A DNA stretch of 41,329 bases from positions 1 through 41,329 of the forward strand of contig RBNJ01000109.1 in NCBI GenBank assembly GCA_003990765.1, read 5' to 3'. Every line of letters begins with the position of its first letter. Position 1 is the first letter of the stretch. Origin of the DNA: Jimgerdemannia flammicorona. Its lineage: Eukaryota. The notes beneath the pieces are model-generated. The model ran no database searches, was not told the origin of the DNA, and saw only the letters and a program-made list of their open reading frames with translations. The position numbers and the translations under genes were made by a program. This document shows, in pieces, positions 25,546-36,197 of this stretch.

Positions 25546-26820
25546 AAGAAGAAGAAGAAGATCACCACCTAGGAAGAATATGCCAGCAGCGAAGAGTTTA
25601 CTATAGAAAAGAAAGAAGAATCCAAAGATGGAAATGATTCCAGACTCTATCCCCAAATCAACTTGGTGGATAACAGACCAGAAGACAATGTGTGGGCTAG
25701 AAATACTATCCCCATCACCATTGGAGCCATTGCAGGAGAGATCAAAGGATGCCCTATCTGTCTCAAAAGACACAAGTGCCCCAAGCACTCCTCCAAGATC
25801 ATTGGGACAAGGAATTCGCCTGGTATAGCCTGCCCTGAGTGCAGAAGAAAGAAGAAGAAATATAGACATGTTTCAGAGACACCTGCAACTGAAGCTGCAG
25901 AAGTACAAGCAATTTGGGGTCAAGAATCATCTAAAGAAAAAGAAACCCCTAAATAGAGATTTCTGAACAAGAAGTATCTGAAGAAGAGGTCCCCAAACTC
26001 ATTCCCTGGAATGACCTTTACTAGACACCACCCAAAGATAATGATCCCTGGAATGTTGAAGAAGGACCCAGCATAATCCCCATTATTCCAAAGTAAGAAA
26101 CTTATTAGAATAGAGCCTTTTGGCTAGGAAGATGTCCACATCAAATAGTCTTTCACCTCCCTGAGACTACTGCTATCAGTACCACCTGTTGGACTAATAA
26201 GAAAGATAGAGACTACAAATATTAGAACCCCTGACCATAGTTATACAGTCAACCACCTTCCAGGAAGTCACCACTAAGTTGTAAAGTCTATTTAGAGGAT
26301 AAGGTCTCTTTATCCAAACAGAAGTATATCTCTTGGCCACCCTTCCCCCAACTTATGACCAAGATGGATACTGATTTCCAAGATAACAAGAGATCAATAA
26401 CTGGGAACAGCATTTCTGAACAATGGGATATTATAACTCTAGAAGACACACAGACTATCAAGACTGCAGACACCTGAAGATTCATCTCAGCCAGAATGCT
26501 GCAATTCATATCTTGAAGAGAGGAGATAACAGAGGTCAGACCTGAAAAGTCAGATGAAGAAACCAGCATGAAGGACTCTCAAGATCTATTATTTGAGAGA
26601 AAATATCCTAGCTCTCATCAGATATATAACCTGCTAAGGATAGATAGAGAATGCCACCAACTTTATGATAGCCCTAGACCCTACAGGAAAATGAGGAATC
26701 AATTATCTCTGAGATCCCTCTACTGGGGCCAAATGGCCACACCTCAACCTCAGAGCTTGGAGACTCTCTGCTAGTAGAGCTTCAGCCCAAGAATAACCTG
26801 AACTTAGTAAAGATGTTACC

Positions 26821-27225
26821 CAGTATACTCTGCTACATTCCAAAGACAAACTCTCAACCAAAGCTCATCAAGAAGATATATGGTATGACTTCTACAGCCT
26901 GGAGGACAAACTCATTAAGTCTGGAAGAATACTGATGTTCAGAAACAGACTAGCTATACAGTCACTCCAAGGAACTTATATCCAACTGACCTCAAGGTCT
27001 GGGCTTGCCAGATAAGAAATAACCGTAGAAGGAGAAACCATAGACCTCGGATATATAGGCAAAATCAAGGTCATTCTGCACAACAGTAGTACAGAATGGT
27101 ACCAAATTATTAGAGGACAGAAGATTGCTCAAGCAGTCTTCATGAAGGTCAAGACCCCACAATTATAAGAAGTCTCTGAACTGACTGAAGAAACAAGGCA
27201 AGCTGAAGAATTTGGAAGCTCAGAT
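26821..27225 (+). pseudogene. dUTPase domain in Gypsy pol
   Basis: All five trimeric dUTPase motifs in one frame: AHQEDIWYDF, SRSGLA, ETIDLGYIG, GQKIAQ, RQAEEFGSSD. One internal TAA. Confidence 0.9.
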
Positions 27226-27779
27226 AAGAAAGAAGTACATCTCCTTCAGGTCAATCACCTTAAGAGGAATGTTCTTTATCAAGTATTCTGCCAACCAGTC
27301 TATCTGTACAAGAATCTCATCCTAGAACCTAGAGAGCAAACCACCTATGAAATCTTTACACCACCTGACACCTGAAACCTCTTCTTTGAACTGAATAAAG
27401 ATATCCCAAATCTGGATGTAGAAGGATACACATTTCCTGATAAGATGAATCCAGTGCACTCTTGAGTAACCAACCAAATTTGAGAGACCATCATCTTGCT
27501 AAAGAGAACTATCATAGGACATCTGATGCTTTTTCTCAATTGAACTCAGAGAGAAGTCTATGAACTAAAGTTATTGAGAAACAGCAAAAGGTCTCAGAAG
27601 AAAGAAAAGACCCCTCTATGACCCAGAAGACAGTGAAGCCTTCTACTAATATTGGAGAAGAATTGACACCCCAGCAATAGCAACAACTAGTAGAACTCCT
27701 CAACAAATATCAAGATATCCTTACTATAGACTATGGCAACTTTCCATACAATCCATCATATCACTACAGTATAAATATG

Positions 27780-30090
27780 GAAAATGTAACAGCCAAACAG
27801 AAATCCTATAGAATACCCCTTTACCTAAAGACATTCAAAAAGGAATACATTTAGAACTCTTCGACAATGGAGTCATCTGACCCTCAACCAGCCCTTGGGC
27901 CAGCCCTATACTTATTATACCAAAGAAAGGAGAATGGAGACTCTGTGTAGACTACAGAAAATACAATTCAGTTACCAAAAAGGATTCTTATCCTTTGCCA
28001 AGAATCAACAACATTTTGGACCAGTTACAAGATACAGATATTTCAGCAATATAGACCTTTTCACAGAATTCCATGGGATCCCCATGGACTCAAAAGACAT
28101 TCAGAAGACAGCCTTTCTTACATTAGGAAAACTGTTTGAATACCTCTAAATACTTTGGACTTTGCAATATACCTCCCATCTTCCAGAGAATGATGAATTC
28201 AGTCTATGCCTACTTAATCCACTACTGCCTGATTGTATATATAGATGATTCCAATATCTATTCAGCAAATTTCAAGGAATACCTACACCACTTAGAAGAA
28301 TTCTTCAAGCTCAACTATAAGTATCACCTGAGACTCAATGCCAAGAAATACTACTTCAGGAAACAGAAACTTGAATTCCTTAGATTTATAGTTTTGAAAG
28401 AAGAAATCCATACAGATCTAAAGAAAACTGAGAAGATCAACAATTGGCCAGTACTTAAGACTCCAAAGGAAATACTATCATTTCTGATACTAGTATTCTA
28501 CTATAGATGGTTTATTAAGGAATTTGCCTCCAATCCAAATTCTTCTTAAGAAAGGAGTACCTTACAAATGGATGGAATCACAAGAGAAAGCCTTCAAAGA
28601 ACTCAAGCACTGCATGACTACAGCATCAATTCTTGTCCACCTCAATCTACAGAAGTCATTCATCTTGTATACAGATGTCTCCAAAGATGGCCTGGGAGTT
28701 TTAGCCTAAGAGGAATCTGATCAACAATACCATATAATAGTTTATACAAGCTGAGCTATCAATAAGCAGCAGATGAACTATGGTAGCACCAAATTGGAAT
28801 GTCTTACAATCATATGGACAGTCACCCTATTTAAGCATTATCTTAACAGAAAAGGTTTACCCTGATAACAGATCATATAGCCCTCAAATGGCTGTTCAAC
28901 TGCCAGAATCCTAGCCTGCTGAATTCTTATCCTTCAGAATTATAAAATCACCATCATCTACAAAGCAGAGAAAGCTTACAACAATGTTGATGTACTTTCT
29001 TGTCAACCTCAATTAATCAGAAGAAGAGTATACTGAGGAACTACACCCTAAAGAAAGCTTCTCAGACCATCAAGGCACAAGAAGATCTCATCTGAAAAGA
29101 ACATTAGAAAGCCCACCAAGGACAGGCAAATATAGAAAAAAAACTACAAACAATATACCAACATTGGCCCAATCTCAGAATATAAATTCAGGACATACTC
29201 AAGAAATGTGACACCTGCCAGAAGTACCAAGGAAGGAAGAACCACCAAGCACTACTACAATCAATTGTACTATCAGACAACATCTTTCAGAGATAGGGAG
29301 TAAATGTAATTGAACCCCTACCAGTTATATCAAGAAGAAATAAATATATTCTTATATTTGTAGAATATCTGACCAAGTGGCCTGAGACTTTTCCAATGGA
29401 AATTGCAGATGTCCTAACCATTGTAGGCCTTCTCCATAGACTCACACTCAGATATAGACCTCTAGAAGAACTTATTTCTGACTGAGATATAGAATTTATC
29501 AACAACATAATCACAAGTTAAACTCAAATCAACAAGATCTACCTCAAACAGACTACATCATATTACTCTCAGACCAATGGCATGACAGAAAGGATGAAAT
29601 AGACCATCAAGAAAGAACTTGCTTAAGTCAATTCTACCAACTAGAACCTCTGTTTATCTGAGATCCTATGGGAAATTCAGAACACCCCTGCTGCCTCTAC
29701 CAAATAAAAGCCCTTTGAGATGATATTTACCAAGAAAACCAGAACTACTGACTATGAGAACTTCAGAGACCTCCTCAAGAAGGCAGAACAGCTATATAAT
29801 CAATCCCAAGTTCAGATTATCAAAGCCCAAGAAAGACAAAAGAAGTACTATGATCAGAAGCAAAAGGATCAGAAGATCAAGATTGGAGATCAAGTACTAG
29901 TTTGGAGAAGCATGATTGAAATAAACTTTACCACCAAACTGGAGCCCAAATGATAAGGACTCTATCTTGTACACAATATCAGAGGAACCAGTATCTATTT
30001 AAGAAACATGAATGGACAAACTCTGAGGACACTTGTATATATCAATTATCTCAAAATATACCTCTCCCCACATCAAGAATCAGAGAATTG
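27780..30090 (+). pseudogene. Gypsy reverse transcriptase, RNase H and integrase
   Basis: [23 protein letters not shown] (about 28235), LYTDVSKDGLG, NYGSTKLEC, KYILIFVEYLTKWPE, QTNGMTER, GDQVLV...KLEPK..GLY (GPY/F). Frameshifts and stops present. Confidence 0.92.
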
Positions 30091-30509
30091 ACAACTGCCT
30101 ACAGACCCTTATCCTTAGTTTCTTCCAAGCTCTGCCAGTTCTCCTACTACAGTTCTGAGAACCCAATGGAATATATCTCCAAAGAATCCAGATTTATCAA
30201 GAAAACCTCACTCTGGCCAAGAGATTACTCCAGGTCCACCAGCTGCAGACCTACTATATAATTGGGGAATAGTTGCAGAATCTTCCTCTCTCAGACCTGA
30301 TCTATGTCCACAATACTACTGATCTGAATAGAAGAATTATCACTACTGCAGAAAGACCATACACAATCTACAAACAAAACCCTTCAGCCCTGATCTAGAC
30401 CTAGTTCTCTCTGAATAATCTCCAAAGAATGACACAACCTATCTATCTCAGTATTATCTACCAAGTTGAGACCCTATTCTCTGAGAGAGAAGAGGAGCCC
30501 CTAGAATAG
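30039..30509 (+). pseudogene. Putative extra ORF between integrase and 3' LTR
   Basis: About 155 codons in one frame, different from integrase, whose internal stops are one TGA and three TAG, all explicable by C-to-T: ...LQRIQIYQENLTLAKRLLQVHQLQTYYIIGE...RIITTAERPYTIYKQNPSAL...SLNNLQRMTQ. Confidence 0.55.
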
Positions 30510-30618
30510 AGTAACTATAGCACAGATAATGAAAGGTATAGATACAGAAGCTGCTTATTCTTATTGAGATAATGATTGAAAAACAGTCTGAGGCAGACTA
30601 TTCTTCATTGAGGACTGA

Positions 30619-31907
30619 TGTGATGAGCAAATAGTATAATATAGCCAGATGATATGAACTCCTAGTATAGTATAGTTACTTATGTCTATTATATTATAAT
30701 TAGCCAGAATACTGAATCAGGGTTATTTAGCTATATTCTAAGAATATATCTGTGTCTAGCAAATATACTCATATTCTGTAGACATACTTATGTCTTGCAG
30801 ATATACTAATATCCTATAGATATACTCAAATATTTCCAGAGATGATAAATCTATAATTTTCCAGATAGCAACCAGATAGCAACCACAATGTATAAAATAC
30901 CCCAGAGACAAGAGTGAATAAACCTTAGTCCAAATTGAAGTACAAACCAAAGAAGCCTCTAAAGATTGAGCATTGGCCCCCTTTTCCCACTCTGGTCCAC
31001 TTTCCAATATAAAGAATAAGTCTGTTTTTGGTTTGCTTACAAGATAGGCCTAAAGATTTGCTGTCAAAAGTTTAAGTGAAGAACTTTGCCACTATTTGAG
31101 TAGTTTGCTACTTAAGGAATAAGCTGCTATTTTTAAAAAATCCACCATCTTGTCACAAAGCCAATCTATTGATCCAACTTTGCAGTGAACTTGTTCATGC
31201 AAACAAAGCCAGTCTTGATGTAACTTTACCAAGAACCTACATTCTCAGAGAGCTCTTAAGAAGCCTTGCCACAAGCCAGTCTTCTGATATAACTTTGCAG
31301 TAGAGCCAGTCTATCTAATATAACTCTATACAAATGAAGTCAGTCTTGACATAATTTGCCTAGAATCCACATCTGAGTTATCTGCCATCCCCAGGGAGCT
31401 GCCAATTCAGGAAGAATCTGTGATATCTGAGCTATTTATCTATTCCTAGTGAGCCTGATTCAGAAGAATCTGCACCATCTTCTATTCCTAGTAAGCTACT
31501 GATTCAGAAGAATCTACATCAAATCAAGAAGTCTATATAAAGAAGTCTGCCAAGATTATCACAATATAAAGATCATTACACCAAAAATCACATACTTTTA
31601 GAGATCATTATGCTACACAGAGATCACCTATCACCCAAAGAAGAAAAATGCATACTGTGCTACATATATATAAATTACTACTATACTCAAGAAACCATCC
31701 CAAAAAGGAAATCAACACACAAATCAACTGCTCCATGAATAGAAGAACTACTATTGTATTCAGATTAACTATTATACTACTAAATACCAAGGATCTCAAG
31801 AATCTTAAAATATTTTGTTGCTTTTTGACAAAGTAACTAAGAGCTCAAGCCAAACTACATCAATCCCCAACCTTGTAATTTGCCTCCATTGAGCTGGGCA
31901 TATTACA
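30619..31907 (+). repeat. 3' LTR (1289 bp)
   Basis: Direct repeat of 21829-23130. Preceded by hairpin AGTCTG-AGG-CAGACT and a weak purine tract. Confidence 0.9.
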
Positions 31908-32514
31908 ATAGTAATAGTATATTCAAGCAGTATCTGAGAAAATATAATATATAGTGTACTACATATATAGTTTTTTTTTTTTTTATTAAAAACTCTATTT
32001 CTAAACAATTAACATTATAAAAAAAAATAATTTATAATCTAATAAAAATCTTTCTTGAATTTAATTCAATAGAGAGTTTTTTTTATTATTCTCTCTGATA
32101 TTTATAATAATTAATTTTTTATAAAATATTACTCAAATTTGCTAAATTTGTAGCTTAAAATTAATCACATAACTGTATTTATTCTAATTTTAACTCAATT
32201 TCCATACCTATACTCAACCATTTTAATACTCTTTTTTTAGATTCTAACTTTATAATAATGATACAATATATATTTTTATTAACATATATCAAAAAAGTTA
32301 CATTCTAGCTATAATCCTATAGAAAGTTTCTTTTAATTTTATTATATTTATAATAAGTAATAATTATTTGAAAAATATATAAATTATTTTTTCGACTTCT
32401 ATTTCTTAAAAATGACTTATAATTTTTTTTTAAAATAATATAAAATAATCTAAATTATTTTTAACTTAATTCTATAAAGAGTTTTTTTTTGAAAAAATAT
32501 CTATTGATAGATAT

Positions 32515-33494
32515 AAATTCTCATTAATAATAGCTTATCATTATTACTAAATTCTCATTAATAGAGGCTTACTGACAAAGAACCATTGATAGACTCAATG
32601 GTAGAGAAAGATCAATAGAGGTTTGATGACAGGGAACTATTATTACTGCTGAATTCTCATTAATAGAGACTTGATGGCAGAGAATGCTCAATAGAGGCTC
32701 AATGGTAGAGAACTATTGATGGAGGCTTAATGGTAGAGAACTATTATTGCTATTAAATTCTCATTAATAGAGGCTCAATGGCAGAGAATGGTTGATGGAG
32801 ACTTAATGGTAGAAAACTATTGTCACTACTGAATTCTCATTGATAGAGGCTTGATAGCAGAGAACTTGAATTCTCATTGATAGAAGCTCAGTAGTAGAGA
32901 ACTATTATTGCTGCTGAATTCTCATTGATGGAGGCTCAAAAGTTCACATTGATGGAGACTCAAAAGTTCACATTGATGGAGGCTCAAAAGTTTACATTGA
33001 TGGAGACTCAAAAGTTCACATTGATGGAGGCTCAAAAGTTCATATTGATGGAGGCTCAAAAGTTTATATTGATGGAGGTTCAAAAGTTCACATTGATGGA
33101 GACTCAAAAGTTCATATTGATGGAGGCTTAAAAGTTTACATTAATGGAAACTCAAAAGTTCACATTGATGGAGGCTCAAAAGTTCACATTAATGGAGACT
33201 CAAAAGTTCACATTGATGGAGACTCAAAAGTTCACATTGATGAAGACTCAAAAGTTCACATTGATGGAGATTCAATGGTAGAGAATAGTCAATGGAGACT
33301 TGATGGTAGAGTATTGTCATTACTGCTAAATTCTCATTGATGGAGGTTTGATGGCAGAGAATGGTCAATAGAGACTTAATGATAGAGAACAGTCAATAGT
33401 AGAGACCTATTATCACTACTGAATTCTCATTGATAGAGAGAGAATAGTTAATGAAGGCTTAATGATAGAGAACAGTTGATAGAGACTCAATGGC
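32515..33494. repeat. Complex satellite (core ATTGATRGAGRCTYAATGGYAGAGAA) with a homogeneous 24-bp sub-array at 32923-33272 (about 14.5 x CATTGATGGAGRCTCAAAAGTTCA); resumes at 35112-35252
   Basis: Units read directly; translation repeats LME(A/T)QKF(T/I) every 8 codons. Confidence 0.9.
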
Positions 33495-35075
33495 CAGACA
33501 GGGGCAACACAGGCAACATGGGCAACATGGGCAATAAGATGGGCAAGATGGCAAGATGGCAAGATGGGCAACATGGGCAAGATGAGCAGATGGCAAGATA
33601 GGTGATATGGGCAAAATGAGCAAAACAGGCAACACAGGCAACACAAGCAACATAGGCAGGCAACATGGGCAACACAGGCAACATGAGTGGGCAACATGGG
33701 CAATATAGGCAACACAGGCAATACAGGCAACACAGGCAACACAAGCAACATAGGCAGGCAACATGGGCAACACAGGCAACATGAGTGGGCAACATGGGCA
33801 ATATAGGCAACACGGGCAATACAGGCAACACAGGCAACGCAAGCAACATAGGCAGGCAACATGGGCAACACAGGCAACATGAGTGGGCAATATGGGCAAT
33901 ATAGGCAACACGGGCAATACAGGCAACACAGGCAGGCAAGATGGGCAAGATAGGCAAGACAGGTAAGATGGGCAAGATGGGCAAGATGGCAAGATGACAA
34001 GATGGGCAACATGGGTAAGACAGGCAAGACAGGCAAGACAGGCAAGATAGGCAAGATAGGCAAGATGGGCAAGATGGGCAAGATGGACAAGATGGCAAGA
34101 TGGCAAGATGGTAAGATGGGCAACATGGGCAAGATGGGCAGACAGCAAGATAGGCAACATGGGCAAGATGGGCAAAATGGGCAAAACAGGCAAAATGGGC
34201 AATATGGGCAATATGGGCAACATGGGCAGGCAATATGGACAATATAGGCAACATGGGTGGGCAACATAGGCAATACAGGCAACATAGGCAACACAGGCAA
34301 TACAGGTGGGCAAGATGGGCAAGATGGGCAAGACAGGCAAGATGGCAATATGGGTGACATGGGCAAGATGGGCAGACAGCAAGATAGGCGATATAGGCAA
34401 GATAGGCAAAATAGACAAAATGGGCAATACAGGCAATATAGGCAACATGGGCAACATGGGCAATATGGGTAATATGGGCAATATGGGTGGGCAAGATGGG
34501 TAAGACAGACAAGATGGGCAAGATGGGCAAGATGGGCAAGATGGCAAGATGGCAATATGGGCAATACAGGTAACACAGGCAGGCAAGATAGGCAAGACAG
34601 ATGACATAGGCAAAATGGGCAAAATGGGCAAAATGGGCAATACAGGCAATATGGGCAACATGGATAACATGGGCAACATGGGACATGGGCAACATGGGTG
34701 GGCAAGATGGATAAGATGGGCAAGATGGGCAAGACAGACAAGATGGCAAGATGGCAATATGGGCAATACAGGCAACATAGGCAGACAAGATAGGCAAGAT
34801 GGTTAGATAGGCAAGACTGGAGGCACTAATAGGGGTAGGTCAGGTGCACTAGATGCCAAGTACTTGAGGTGGTTGGGGCTCACAACCCATACCTACTGGG
34901 TGGGGCAGGCTGGGTAAGAGGATCTAGTTACTTGGGCAGTAAGATCATAACTTATACTCTAAAGATGCAAGGCTGGGTGAGGATGAAGGTGGATTGAGAT
35001 TGGGGTGGAATGGGGCTACTGATGTTATATGAGGATATGTGGCATATTATGGATAGTTAATAAATGAGGCTACAG

Positions 35076-35111
<36 letters not shown>
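33495..35111 (+). mobile_element. Retroposed insertion: GGCAA-based array (33495-34817) + about 258 bp G-rich unique 3' end + poly-A
   Basis: 14-bp direct repeat AGAGACTCAATGGC at 33481-33494 and 35112-35125, AATAAA at 35059-35064, A-run 35076-35112. Confidence 0.75.
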
Positions 35112-35115
<4 letters not shown>

Positions 35116-35439
35116 ACTCAATGGCAGAGAACTGTTGATAGAGACTTGTTACTACTAAATTCTCATTGATGAAGACTCAATAATAGAGAATTGTAGATAG
35201 AGGCTTACTGATAGAGAATTATTGATGGAGATAGATAGAGAACTGTTGATGATATATATAATAAAATATATTTACCTGGTTAATATATATATGTAATATA
35301 AAAATAATATAATAAAAATAATAAAATAAAATATAGTTATTCTGTAACTAAATACTAAACATTAATAAAATGAACCACGCTTTGAGAAATATATTGATGT
35401 GAATGATATTTTTTTACTGTATGTTCTACAGTAACTAAA

Positions 35440-36152
35440 GTAAGTCTCTACTGAGATATAATCATATATCTTTAACAATGATGTATATATTTTTGGATAG
35501 TAAAAAGGTCAATAGATCCTAAAGCTTTAGGAATATTTTACTTCAGTCTTATTCATATATAGTCACAATAAGGTCCAATTATTATAATTAATGAAATATT
35601 AAAATTAATATTCTAATTATCATATATACTGCTAATTTAATAGATATATATATATACCTATAGTATAGTTTTATAGCACTTCAAAAATATTCAATGTAAT
35701 TTAATTTACAATAAAATTTTGGATAAAAAATACACTTATAATCTAAGACTTCAATGGTCTCTTGAATAAGTGGTTTTTGTGCTATAAAGTTCTCTTGTAG
35801 AGATATTATTTTTTTAGCACAATAATTGTTAAGCTTGTATACTTCTCAACATCTTGCTAATATTTTTTTCTTTTGGCCAGAGACCTCTTTCTTTAAGTAC
35901 TACATTTAATTCTTTTGCTTAATCTTAATGATTTTCATCAGGATAATTAGGTGAAAAAACCATTTCTTGTAAAGTACTATTGTATATTATAGTATATATT
36001 AATGTTTGCTTTTCACCTGGATTAAGATTCATCTTGTGAGCCAGTAAAGCATCTGAGATATATATTGAGTATTCTTGACTATTGTCAAATGTAAATACTC
36101 TAATACAGTTGGAGTAAACTGCTTTAAAAATTAGAATTACCTTTGTTGTAAC
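35440..36152 (-). pseudogene. Tc1/mariner-IS630-like DDE transposase relic (intron-containing)
   Basis: Minus strand VFTFDNSQ...DALLAHKMNLNPGEKQ...QEMVFSPNYP...VVLKERGLWP...QKPLIQETIE...KCIFYPKFYCKLNYIEYF*, then after a probable intron CDY...IPKALGSIDLFTIQKY. Matches the FDNS / PKFHCELNxIExxW family signature. Confidence 0.85.
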
Positions 36153-36197
36153 CTAAATATTAAATAAATAAAAATAAAAATTTTGTTTTGAGTATAT

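Larger units (their letters stand above)
21829..31907 (+). mobile_element. Complete Ty3/Gypsy LTR retrotransposon (10.1 kb, decayed), inserted in Copia integrase
   Basis: LTRs 21829-23130 and 30619-31907 (TGTGAT...TTACA), PBS, and the order gag-PR-insert-dUTPase-RT-RNaseH-IN-extra ORF. TSD not cleanly readable (TATG versus ATAG). Confidence 0.93.

Noticed and set aside
32923-33272. CRISPR-like regular repeats and LMEAQKFT repeat peptide
   Set aside because: Head-to-tail 24-bp units with no spacers, eukaryotic context, no cas genes.
33416-34797. Three overlapping ~440-aa Cys/Pro/Leu-rich ORFs on the minus strand (metallothionein- or keratin-like)
   Set aside because: All three frames are open only because the GGCAA array cannot form stop codons on that strand. 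Low-complexity artefact.
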